NCBI GenBank assembly: GCA_039811685.1
Contig: JBDHZC010000002.1
Span: 416,001 to 480,000, forward strand
DNA from: Armatimonadota bacterium
Lineage (GTDB): Bacteria > Armatimonadota > UBA5829 > DSUL01
Direction of reading: 5' to 3'
DNA length: 64,000 nt
Shown piece after piece: positions 29,336-38,242 of the stretch (position 1 is its first letter; each line of letters opens with the position of its first letter). The position numbers and the translations under genes were made by a program. The notes beneath the pieces are model-generated. The model was not told where the DNA came from. It saw only the letters and a program-made list of their open reading frames with translations, and searched no databases.

Positions 29336-30457
29336 CTAATGCTCAGTCGGCGCAGCGGGTTCGTCGCGCTTTCGGCGGGAGAGCCGCTCACCGTGATTCT
29401 CCATAAAAGCGATCACGTCTGAAAGGCGGAAACGCCTTTGGTTTCCCACAGTACGAAAGTGCGGCAGAACGCCCCGGTTGGTGTAGCGGCGCACAGTGGT
29501 GGGACAGACGTTGAGAATCCGCGCGGCGTCCTCCAGGCTCAGAGGCGGATCGAGCAGCCTCTCGAGAAGCTCAGAGCGACTCTCGCGAAAGTCTCTCTTG
29601 TAAGACTTCTGCGCAACTTCGCTGAGAAGCTCGGCCTTGTCCGAATCAATTCGTGCCAGCGCCTGAATGTGTCTCGGCAGAGTCTCCAGCGACTGCGGCA
29701 CGGCATCTGCCCCGGCGGCAGCGTCACCCGGCGCAACAGACCCAACAACGGGCTGCTTTGCCGGAGTTTCTGCAGGGCGCGGGCGAGGCTGGGCTGCCTT
29801 TGGCGCTGAAGCGGGACTGGCAGAAGGCGCTGGTAGTTTGGCCGCCGGCGCGCGGACATCCGGCTCCTGCGAACCTCCGTCCTCAGGCGATCCAAACGCA
29901 GGTTGACCCGAATCTGGAGTCTGCGGCTTTTCCTGCTCCGCCCTGTCCTTCGCCTGCGGTGAATCCGGTTCTGTAGCGCTGTCTGAGGTCTTCAGATAAG
30001 GCAGAAAATCTTCAATTTCGGGGATGTGAAGGTTCAAATCGTCCGGATGAAGCGGCTGAGTCTTGGACGCAGGCGGCGCCGGCCGGGCAACCACTTCCTG
30101 GCTGGAAGCAAGCTTCGCCTCCTCAGACTGATTCAGACGGCCGGCCGCTTCCGAGACAGAAGCAATGCCGGGCTTCTCAACGCTTCGAGTCTTTGTCTCC
30201 GCATTTGAGCCGGACACAGACGCTGGGGAGGACGCAGGTTTGGAAACCGGCGGCACAGTTTGCGCGCCCTGATCGCTGACAGGTTTGCGCGAGCCAAAGA
30301 GCGCCTCTTTGCGGGCGGCGGCCTCAGAAGCGACACTGCCGGTGGATTCCTTCGGCTTTTCAGCCTTCTCAGCAGGTGGCGCTGAAGGCGCGGCGGTCTG
30401 CTGATCCTGGTCTTTCTCGACCTGCTCAACATACTTCAGCCAGTCATCCAGCCTCAT
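29336..30457 (-). CDS. Xis/MerR-like (HTH_17, BldC-like) DNA-binding protein with long low-complexity N-terminal region
   Basis: C-terminal LSLEDAARILNVCPTTVRRYTNRGVLPHFRTVGNQRRFRLSDV; start at MRLDDW is tentative. Confidence 0.75.
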   Translation of the reverse strand: MRLDDWLKYVEQVEKDQDQQTAAPSAPPAEKAEKPKESTGSVASEAAARKEALFGSRKPVSDQGAQTVPPVSKPASSPASVSGSNAETKTRSVEKPGIASVSEAAGRLNQSEEAKLASSQEVVARPAPPASKTQPLHPDDLNLHIPEIEDFLPYLKTSDSATEPDSPQAKDRAEQEKPQTPDSGQPAFGSPEDGGSQEPDVRAPAAKLPAPSASPASAPKAAQPRPRPAETPAKQPVVGSVAPGDAAAGADAVPQSLETLPRHIQALARIDSDKAELLSEVAQKSYKRDFRESRSELLERLLDPPLSLEDAARILNVCPTTVRRYTNRGVLPHFRTVGNQRRFRLSDVIAFMENHGERLSRRKRDEPAAPTEH

Positions 30458-30557
30458 AGTCCATTTCCCTTCTTTCCCGTCTGGTGAGTGTGCCCCGGGC
30501 ACAACTCGAGCGGCTCGCGCTCCGTGTAAAAAAACCGTCTGTATCAGGGCCTGTCTG

Positions 30558-31565
30558 TTAGAGAATGAGCATGGCGTCGCCCAGGCTCAGGAAGCGGTAG
30601 CGCTCCTGCACAGCCTGCGCATAGGCCTGCTTCAGATTGTCCAGCCCTGCAAATGCGCTCACAAGCACAAACAGCGTTGAGCGCGGCATGTGAAAGTTGG
30701 TCAGCAGTCCCCCGGTCACTCGAAATTCATAACCCGGCTTGATGAAGAGATCCGTCTCTGACTCCCTGGGCGAAACCCGCCCGGGGCCGGCAGCGCACGC
30801 TTCGACAGTGCGCGTTGAAGTTGTCCCCACGCAAACCACGCGTCCGGCGCCTGCGTTGATAGTCTGCGCCGCTTCCCGCGTTATGCGGATACGCTCTGCA
30901 GCGAGTTCGTGCTCATCCAGCGTCTGGCTGCGCACCGGGCGAAAAGTGCTGGCGCCGACGTGCAGAGTGACCCTGGCCACCTCTACCCCGCGTCTGGTTA
31001 GCCTGTCAAGCACTTCGTCCGTGAAGTGAAGTCCCGCAGTTGGCGCTGCGCTAGACCCCTCGTCCTTTGAGTAAACAGTCTGATAACGCTCCCCTGCTGT
31101 CAGGGGTTTGCGTATGTACGGAGGAAGCGGTGTTTCCGCGGCGCTTGCGATAGCAGCGCCAACATCCTCCCCGGACATCTCAACCAACCGGCTGCCGTCC
31201 TCCAGCCTCCGGATTATCCGGCCCGTCAGATCGTCTGAAAAGATGACTTCGTCACCCGCTCGCAGCCGCCTGCCAGGCTTCATCAGAGCGCGGTAAACAC
31301 TCCCGCCCACGCTCTCCAGAAACAGCGCCTCAACCTGTGCGCCACTCGGGCGATGTCCCCGAAGCCGGAACGCCGAGACCCGTGTATCGTTAATGACCAG
31401 CACGTCTCCGGGATTCAGATATTCTGGAAAATCCCGGAACATGCGGTGCTGAACGTCTCCGGTGGCCCTGTTGAGAACCAGCATCCGCGACGCGCTGCGG
31501 TCCTCCAGAGGCTCCTGCGCAATCAGCTCCTCCGGCAGAAAATAGTCAAAATCGCTTGTGAGCAC
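30558..31565 (-). CDS. queA: S-adenosylmethionine:tRNA ribosyltransferase-isomerase
   Basis: SDFDY.LPEELIAQEP, PLPPYI, YQTVY, AAPTAGLHF, TNFH.PRST. Confidence 0.97.
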   Translation of the reverse strand: MLTSDFDYFLPEELIAQEPLEDRSASRMLVLNRATGDVQHRMFRDFPEYLNPGDVLVINDTRVSAFRLRGHRPSGAQVEALFLESVGGSVYRALMKPGRRLRAGDEVIFSDDLTGRIIRRLEDGSRLVEMSGEDVGAAIASAAETPLPPYIRKPLTAGERYQTVYSKDEGSSAAPTAGLHFTDEVLDRLTRRGVEVARVTLHVGASTFRPVRSQTLDEHELAAERIRITREAAQTINAGAGRVVCVGTTSTRTVEACAAGPGRVSPRESETDLFIKPGYEFRVTGGLLTNFHMPRSTLFVLVSAFAGLDNLKQAYAQAVQERYRFLSLGDAMLIL

Positions 31566-31784
31566 CTACCGGCGCATCCCGGACAGTAGGTACAAAAGCG
31601 CGCTCAGCACAAGACTCACGACGATACAGGTTGCTATGGGAAAGTACAGCGTAGTGTTGCCCCGCCGGATCACTACGTCGCCGGGAAGCGCCCCTGGACG
31701 CCCACCCGTGACAGCCTCCAGCGCCATCACAACAAGCCCCAGAACGACTATCAGCGCGCCAGCGCCTACAATGAACTTGCCCAT
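31566..31784 (-). CDS. DUF2905 family small membrane protein
   Basis: G.LPGDVVIRRGNTTLYFPIATCIVVS motif; commonly adjacent to queA. Confidence 0.88.
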   Translation of the reverse strand: MGKFIVGAGALIVVLGLVVMALEAVTGGRPGALPGDVVIRRGNTTLYFPIATCIVVSLVLSALLYLLSGMRR

Positions 31785-32130
31785 AATACACCAGCCGCAC
31801 CCTCGTCGCGGCCAAGGCCTATTCTAGTCTGAGCGTCAAGCGCGGTCAAGAAGTAACGCGCAAAAAGAGTAAGTTCCAGCCGAAAAACTAGACTACTCTT
31901 AGACTTACTGGACGTTGCGGCTATCATGGACAATAGTCTGAGGCATCGCTTCTTTGACACGAGAGCGGGTCTGGGAGTTGCCTGAACTGCCGAAGCCCGG
32001 ACACTTCCAGTGGCGTGGCCGAGGGAATTCCGGTGAACTCTGGACGGCGGAGCCGGGTCAAGCGCGGCAGGAATTCACAGAAGGGGAGATAAAGCTGTAA
32101 CCACTCCACCAGAGAAGGAAATCACATATC

Positions 32131-33462
32131 ATGGGCGATAGACCACCCGCGTTTTCACGGCGCGACTTCCTGAAAATCTCCTCTGCGGCTGCCATTGCCA
32201 CCGGTGTGGGACTGGCGCCCAGGCGTCTGAAGGCAGCCACCTCACCTGCTTCTCCCAGTGAAACTGTCCGGCTGGGATTCATCGGTTTTGGAGGCCGGGC
32301 GCAGCAGCTCTTCCAGGACTTCTCAGCAAACAGTGACGCGCGCGTCACCGCCGTGTGCGATGTGTATGATAAACACCGGGAGCAGGCGGCCGCGACTGTG
32401 GGAGGCAACCCCGCTCAGTACAAAGACTTCCGGGACTTGCTGGAAAAAAGCGACGTGGACGCCGTCGTTATAGCGACGCCGCCGCACTGGCATCCGCTCA
32501 TCTCCATTGCGGCTATGGAAGCAGGCAAAGACGTCTATTGCGAGAAGCCGATGGCGCTGTATCCCGACGAAGCGCACGCTATGGCAAAAGTTGCACGGAA
32601 GCACGGCCGCGTAACACAGGTGGGCACACAGATACACGCAACCGACAACTTTCGCCGCGTTGTTGAGATCGTCCGCTCCGGCGCGCTTGGCAAAATCTCC
32701 AGCGTGCGAGTGCAGGTGACTACCAACGAAGCGCCGGGAAACATCCGCGTTCCGAGGGGCGCGCCAACGCCGGAAGGACTGAACTGGGACATGTGGCTCG
32801 GCCCGCTGGAAAAGCAACCGTTCAACGAGCCTATGTTTGCGGTCGGACACCGCTACTTCAGAGAGTGCGTCCATAGCTGGATCAACGAGCTGGGCCCGCA
32901 CATTATGGACCTGGCTGTCTGGGCGATGGATCCGGGGGAGCCGAGAAGCGTCATGGCGACTGGCGGACGCTACTCCTTGACCGACGACAGCACTATCCCG
33001 GACACCGTTGACGTGCTCTATGAGTACTCTGACTTCACAATGACTTTTATGCACACGATGGGGAACGGGTACAACTTTGGCTTTGCCGCTGAGCCGGACA
33101 AAGGGCGGCGGCTGGCGGTATTCTTCCACGGGACCAACGGCACGCTGGCGGGAGATTACTCCAGCAACAGACTCTGGCTGGAGGGTATCCAACCGGAGGA
33201 TTTTCAGCCAAAAATCAAAGCGATCCCGCCATCAGCAGGACATCAGCGGGAGTTTCTGGATTCTGTTAAGACCCGCAAGGCGCCCTCGTGCAACTTTGAC
33301 TATCATCTGCCGCTGGCCACGGCGCTGACGCTGGCGCATGTGTCGCTGTTTTCTGGAGAAAGAGTGGAGTGGGACGCTCAGAAGGGGCGTGTCCGAAACA
33401 GAGGAAAAGCCTCCGATCTGAGTATCGCGCGCTACAGAGCGCCGTGGAAGCTGACGGGGTAG
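32131..33462 (+). CDS. Tat-exported Gfo/Idh/MocA family oxidoreductase
   Basis: SRRDFLK Tat motif, IGFGGRA, ATPPHWH, CEKP, NWDMWLGP. Confidence 0.92.
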   Translation: MGDRPPAFSRRDFLKISSAAAIATGVGLAPRRLKAATSPASPSETVRLGFIGFGGRAQQLFQDFSANSDARVTAVCDVYDKHREQAAATVGGNPAQYKDFRDLLEKSDVDAVVIATPPHWHPLISIAAMEAGKDVYCEKPMALYPDEAHAMAKVARKHGRVTQVGTQIHATDNFRRVVEIVRSGALGKISSVRVQVTTNEAPGNIRVPRGAPTPEGLNWDMWLGPLEKQPFNEPMFAVGHRYFRECVHSWINELGPHIMDLAVWAMDPGEPRSVMATGGRYSLTDDSTIPDTVDVLYEYSDFTMTFMHTMGNGYNFGFAAEPDKGRRLAVFFHGTNGTLAGDYSSNRLWLEGIQPEDFQPKIKAIPPSAGHQREFLDSVKTRKAPSCNFDYHLPLATALTLAHVSLFSGERVEWDAQKGRVRNRGKASDLSIARYRAPWKLTG

Positions 33463-33486
33463 AATTTTACTGCTGGAAAGGATTTG

Positions 33487-34395
33487 ATGGACAGACGGGA
33501 TTTCTTGCGAAAAGCGGCAAAGACAGGGCTGGGCGCTGGTCTGGCCGTCACCAGACTCGACAAAGCCGCCAGAGCTATGGATACAGTGGGTAAGAAGAAG
33601 GAAGACAGCTTCAGGAAAGCTCTGATCTATCAGATGCTACCGGAGAGTTTGTCCCCGGTAGAGCGCTTCAAGCTCGCAAAAAACTGTGGCTTTGACGGCA
33701 TTGAACTTCCGCCCGTATCCGATCCCAAAGAGCTTGAGCAGATTCACAAAGCTATAGATGTGTCAGGGATTCCGGTGCACTCCATCATCTTCGGAGGCTG
33801 GCAGAAGCCGCTGTCCCATCCGGATGACAGGGTAGCGGAGGAGGGACTGGAAGAGGTGCGCGCAGGGCTGAAGCTGGCTGCGGATGTTGGCGCGGACGGC
33901 CTTTTGCTGGTGCCGGGAGTCGTGAATGCCCAGACACGCTACGTTGAAGCATGGGAGCGATCCCGAAAGCGCATCAAGACTCTGATTCCGCTCGCCAGGC
34001 AGACCGGTGTCACCATCAACATTGAAGAGGTCTGGAACAAGTTTCTGCTGAGCCCGCTGGAGTTCGCGCGCTACATTGACGAGTTCAAGAGTCCCTGGGT
34101 GCGCGCCTATTTCGACGTCGCGAACGTGATCGACTTCGGGTGGCCGCAGGACTGGATCAGAACTCTGGGATCGCGCATCGCCAAGGTGCATGTGAAGGAC
34201 TACAAGCGCGAAAACCGTTCGTGGCCGGCGCTTGGTGAAGGCGACGCGGACTTTCCGGAGATTATGTCGGCGCTGAAGGAAGTGAAGTATTCTGGCTGGC
34301 TGACCTGTGAGCTTCCCGGCGGCGATGAGGGTTATCTGCTGGGAGTATCGCGCCGGATGGACAAGATCATCTCCGGCCTCAATCCGCTGCAGTAG
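33487..34395 (+). CDS. Tat-exported sugar phosphate isomerase/epimerase (AP endonuclease 2 TIM barrel)
   Basis: DRRDFLR Tat motif, GFDGIE, EEVWNKFLLSP, YFDVAN, HVKD. Confidence 0.88.
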   Translation: MDRRDFLRKAAKTGLGAGLAVTRLDKAARAMDTVGKKKEDSFRKALIYQMLPESLSPVERFKLAKNCGFDGIELPPVSDPKELEQIHKAIDVSGIPVHSIIFGGWQKPLSHPDDRVAEEGLEEVRAGLKLAADVGADGLLLVPGVVNAQTRYVEAWERSRKRIKTLIPLARQTGVTINIEEVWNKFLLSPLEFARYIDEFKSPWVRAYFDVANVIDFGWPQDWIRTLGSRIAKVHVKDYKRENRSWPALGEGDADFPEIMSALKEVKYSGWLTCELPGGDEGYLLGVSRRMDKIISGLNPLQ

Positions 34396-34423
34396 TCAGG
34401 CTGTTTTTTGTGGAGTTGACAAT

Positions 34424-35266
34424 TTGAGTGCGCGTTTTCAGGTACTGGTGGACAGAACTGCGTCTTCGGGAACGCTCCCGGATGACCTGCGAGACACTTA
34501 CGGTGGAGACCTTTGCTTCCCTGAATCCTCGGATACCCGGCCCTTTATCTACACGAACTTTGTGACAACGCTCGACGGGCTTGTAACTTTCGGCATTCCA
34601 AATGGCTCTGAGGGTCGCCTGATATCCATGAACAGCAGGGACGACCACTGGCTGATGGCTCTGCTGCGCGCCTCAGCGGATGCCGTGATGGTGGGGGCGG
34701 GAACGCTGCGGGGAGACCCGGACCACGCGTGGACGGTGGAAGCGCTCACAAGCGTTGATCCCGGGCCTTTTGAAGCCTGGCGGGAAACGACTGGCCGGCC
34801 GAAGTTTGCCCTGCAGTGCGTCGTCACGCAGAGTGGACGAATTAACGTGAACTCACGGATTCTCCAGCGCAGCGACCTGACCAAAATCGTCCTCACGACT
34901 GCAGACGGGGCGCAAAGGGCGCCTGCGGAGCTTTCCAACACTCACATCCTCATAGCCGATGGATCCGATGGCGTGGACCTTGCTCAGGCGGTCACGCTTC
35001 TGCGACAGGAGTTTGGAGTGAAGCGTCTGTTGTGTGAGGGCGGGCCGCACCTCTTCGCGCAGATGCTGAAGGCGGAGCTTGTGGATGAATGTTTCCAGAC
35101 GCTCTCTCCGCAGATCATCGGCGCAGACCGCAGTAACCCGCATCGTCTGTCCCTGACGGAGACCAGCGGTTTTTCACCAGAGCAGGCAAAGAGGATGCAT
35201 CTGCTCAGTGCCCGCCTGGGAACTGCTGACCCAGACCATCTCTTCCTGCGCTTCGCACGCTCGTAG
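34424..35266 (+). CDS. RibD C-terminal domain (DHFR-like) reductase
   Basis: NFVTTLDG, LRASADAVMVGAGTLR, LCEGGP; TTG start tentative. Confidence 0.85.
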   Translation: MSARFQVLVDRTASSGTLPDDLRDTYGGDLCFPESSDTRPFIYTNFVTTLDGLVTFGIPNGSEGRLISMNSRDDHWLMALLRASADAVMVGAGTLRGDPDHAWTVEALTSVDPGPFEAWRETTGRPKFALQCVVTQSGRINVNSRILQRSDLTKIVLTTADGAQRAPAELSNTHILIADGSDGVDLAQAVTLLRQEFGVKRLLCEGGPHLFAQMLKAELVDECFQTLSPQIIGADRSNPHRLSLTETSGFSPEQAKRMHLLSARLGTADPDHLFLRFARS

Positions 35267-35385
35267 CCTTCCGCTTACATCCGGGACCGGGCTATCTTTT
35301 CAGTATCTTTTCGCCGGTTGTGATTGTATAATGGATACAGGCGTGGCAATGACGCCTGCGCACTCTGCCATATCTGGCCAATCCC

Positions 35386-37398
35386 ATGAACAATTTCAAC
35401 CGCACACTTTATCGTCTTGCCGTCCTTGTGTTGGCTCTGTGGCTTGCTGGAACTTATGGCGTCCAGGCCGATTATGCGCCCGGTGAAGTCATCGTCATCC
35501 CGAAAGCCGGCAAACTGGCGGCCATGCCTTCCCTTCTGGCCGCTCAGGGCGCAACCGTGAAGAACACAAGTTCGCGCCTCGGATCTGTCACGCTCAAACT
35601 CCCGAAGGGTCAGAGCGTACAAGAGGCTGTCAACGCCCTGAAGAAAGACCCCAATGTCGCCTACGCAGGGCCCAATCACATTCTACGTATCGCCCTTCTG
35701 CCAAACGATCCTCTCCTGAGAGACGGCTACGATCTGCTCGGCATTGGTTACTTCACTGAGCCACAGTGGGGCCTCTACAACGACGGAAGCAACAACTCGT
35801 ACGGCGGCAAGCTGCGCGCCGACATTCACGCGCCGGAGGCCTGGGAGATTACAACGGGCAGCCCGAATGTCGTTATCGCGATCATTGATACCGGCATCGA
35901 CTACACGCACCCGGACATTCAGGACAAGGTCTGGATCAATGCCGGGGAGATACCCAACAACGGCATTGACGACGACAATAACGGCTACGTGGATGACTGG
36001 CGCGGATGGAACTTTCTGGGCGCCGGCAGCAACGATCCGATGGACGACAACTCAGAGCAGGGTCTCGCCATTCACCACGGCACATTTACAGCCGGTGTCG
36101 CGGGAGCGTCCTCAGACAACGGAGAGGGCATTGCGGGAGTTTCCTGGGATTCGCCGGTTATGGCTCTCAAAGTCATCGGCGCTGACGGCTCCGGGCTGGA
36201 AGACGACGCTGCCCGAGCTGTCGTCTATGCCGCTGACAACGGCGCAAAAGTCATCAACATGAGCTTGACGGGAGAAGACGCGCCGCTGCTTCACCAGGCC
36301 GTTGACTACGCCTGGTCCAAAGGAGCGCTGGTGGTATGCGCCAGCGGAAACGAAAACCTCTCAACTCCGACCTATCCCGCCTCGTACCAGCACGCGCTTT
36401 CTGTCGGCGCGACAAACGAGTACGACGAGCGCTGCACCGCGGCCGACTGGTTGAGCGGGGGCAGCAACTACGGCGATTACCTTGACGTCATGGCGCCCGG
36501 AAACAACATCCTGAGCCTGACAGATGCCGTGGAACCGGGCGGCTATTACACTCTTCCCGGCACCTCCGCTGCCGCGCCTTTTGTCTCCGGGATCGCCGCC
36601 CTCATCTGGTCGGTCCATCCAGACTGGACCAATCAGCAGGTGTTCGACCAGATTGTGCGAACGTGTGACGACATTGGAACTCCCGGATGGGACATGTACA
36701 CGGGCTGGGGCCGCGTGAACGCCTACCGCGCCCTGACTGAAGTCTCTTCTGAAACCGCGACGATCGCCGAACTCAAGACGATGCCGCTGAACAGCTCAGT
36801 GTTGCTCAAAGGCAAAGTACTGACCGTTGGAAGCGGGCAGATCGCGAACCGGCTGTATATCCAGGACGCTTCGAGCTACGCCGGCATTTTGCTTTACTTT
36901 GCCGAGAGTGTGCCGGCGGGACTCGCGCAAGGGGACACTGTTGAGGTTTTCGGAAAGCTCGGAACGGTGTCGGGTGAGCTGGCAATAACCGGCGGAAGCG
37001 TCACCAGGATGGCCACTGCGCCTGTTCCCAAACCTGTCACCATGCGCAACAAAGCGCTTGGAGGCGGAACAACAGGCAACCAGCAGGGTGTTGTGGACCA
37101 CTACTCACTGCCCAGACAGATGGCTATCGGCGCAAGCAACATTGGCGTGCTGGCCAGCGCGTGGGGCAAAGTTACGGCAATCGGTTTTGACTGGTTTTAC
37201 ATTGACGACGGCGCCGGTCTGGACGATGGCACGGGCAACACAGGCGTCTACGTAAACTGCGGCCCACTGGTGCGCCCAGGGCTGAACAAGATCGTGAGAG
37301 TCACCGGCATCTCGAGTTGCGACATCCCTCAGGGCGCCACAGTCGCCCGGCGTGTCCTGCGTCCGCGCCAACAAAGCGACATTGAAGTGCTGAAGTAA
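35386..37398 (+). CDS. Secreted S8 (subtilisin-family) serine protease with C-terminal tandem OB-fold-like module
   Basis: Signal peptide, propeptide, catalytic triad IIDTG / HGT / GTSAAAP, Ca-binding NGIDDDNNGYVDD loop. Confidence 0.93.
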   Translation: MNNFNRTLYRLAVLVLALWLAGTYGVQADYAPGEVIVIPKAGKLAAMPSLLAAQGATVKNTSSRLGSVTLKLPKGQSVQEAVNALKKDPNVAYAGPNHILRIALLPNDPLLRDGYDLLGIGYFTEPQWGLYNDGSNNSYGGKLRADIHAPEAWEITTGSPNVVIAIIDTGIDYTHPDIQDKVWINAGEIPNNGIDDDNNGYVDDWRGWNFLGAGSNDPMDDNSEQGLAIHHGTFTAGVAGASSDNGEGIAGVSWDSPVMALKVIGADGSGLEDDAARAVVYAADNGAKVINMSLTGEDAPLLHQAVDYAWSKGALVVCASGNENLSTPTYPASYQHALSVGATNEYDERCTAADWLSGGSNYGDYLDVMAPGNNILSLTDAVEPGGYYTLPGTSAAAPFVSGIAALIWSVHPDWTNQQVFDQIVRTCDDIGTPGWDMYTGWGRVNAYRALTEVSSETATIAELKTMPLNSSVLLKGKVLTVGSGQIANRLYIQDASSYAGILLYFAESVPAGLAQGDTVEVFGKLGTVSGELAITGGSVTRMATAPVPKPVTMRNKALGGGTTGNQQGVVDHYSLPRQMAIGASNIGVLASAWGKVTAIGFDWFYIDDGAGLDDGTGNTGVYVNCGPLVRPGLNKIVRVTGISSCDIPQGATVARRVLRPRQQSDIEVLK

Positions 37399-37448
37399 AG
37401 AAACAGCGTGTTCAGGTGAAGTGCGCAGAGAGCGTGCCGTGCATTCCT

Positions 37449-38231
37449 TCAGCGCGGCAGCGGACTGCCAAGCTCAGATACCGGCGTAAGAGTGTAACCC
37501 TTGGCTTTCAGGTCCTGAAGGAGATGCGGCAGCATCTTTGCGGTCTGCGCGCTTCCAAGGTGGCAGAGAATGACGCCACCCGGTGAAACCTTCTGAAGAA
37601 TCAGCTTTCGGAAACGCTCCGCGGTAATGCCACGGTAGCGCGGCGCAGCGTCCTGCCCTCCTGCTGTCCAAAACACACACTCGTAACCTGCTGCTTCAGC
37701 CGCCTTGAGAACGTGAGCGTTGCGCGCGCCGAAAGGTGGACGGAAATAGGGCCTGGTGCTCACTCCGCAGATGGCCATAACGGCCCTCTCTGTCTGGTTC
37801 AGCTCTTTTGCGATTCTCGCCGCGCTGAGACGGCGCAGATCCGGGTGGCTCCAGGTGTGATTGCCCAGCTCATGACCGCCAAGCGCGATCAGCTTGAGAA
37901 GCTCAGGGTACTTGCGCGCGAACTCGCCTGTAATGAAAAAAGTCGCGGTTACGCCTTCTTTCTCCAGAGCCTTGAGAACCGTCTTGACATACTCTCCCGA
38001 AGCTCCCGCGTCAAAAGTCAGCGCAATACGCCGGGCCTTTGCCGCACCGTCTTTCTCAACGCGGGATGAAGCGGACTGATTTTGCGCCACCCGGGCCGAA
38101 GCCGCAGACGACGGCTGCGCAGGCGCACTCCCGGCAGTTATCAGCAACAGCAGAAAAGCCAGCCCCGTACGCCAGACTGACTCCCCGCGCAAATTGACGG
38201 GGAGCCAGCCAACAGAATGTCTGGAGATCAA
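37449..38231 (-). CDS. Polysaccharide deacetylase (CE4/NodB family)
   Basis: ALTFDAG, GNHTWSH, FRPPFG, ILCH motifs; N-terminal signal/TM. Confidence 0.9.
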   Translation of the reverse strand: MISRHSVGWLPVNLRGESVWRTGLAFLLLLITAGSAPAQPSSAASARVAQNQSASSRVEKDGAAKARRIALTFDAGASGEYVKTVLKALEKEGVTATFFITGEFARKYPELLKLIALGGHELGNHTWSHPDLRRLSAARIAKELNQTERAVMAICGVSTRPYFRPPFGARNAHVLKAAEAAGYECVFWTAGGQDAAPRYRGITAERFRKLILQKVSPGGVILCHLGSAQTAKMLPHLLQDLKAKGYTLTPVSELGSPLPR

Positions 38232-38242
38232 ATAAACCTACC

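Noticed and set aside
29336..29560. Excisionase indicating a prophage or ICE
   Set aside because: No integrase, att sites or phage genes nearby; better read as a chromosomal regulator.
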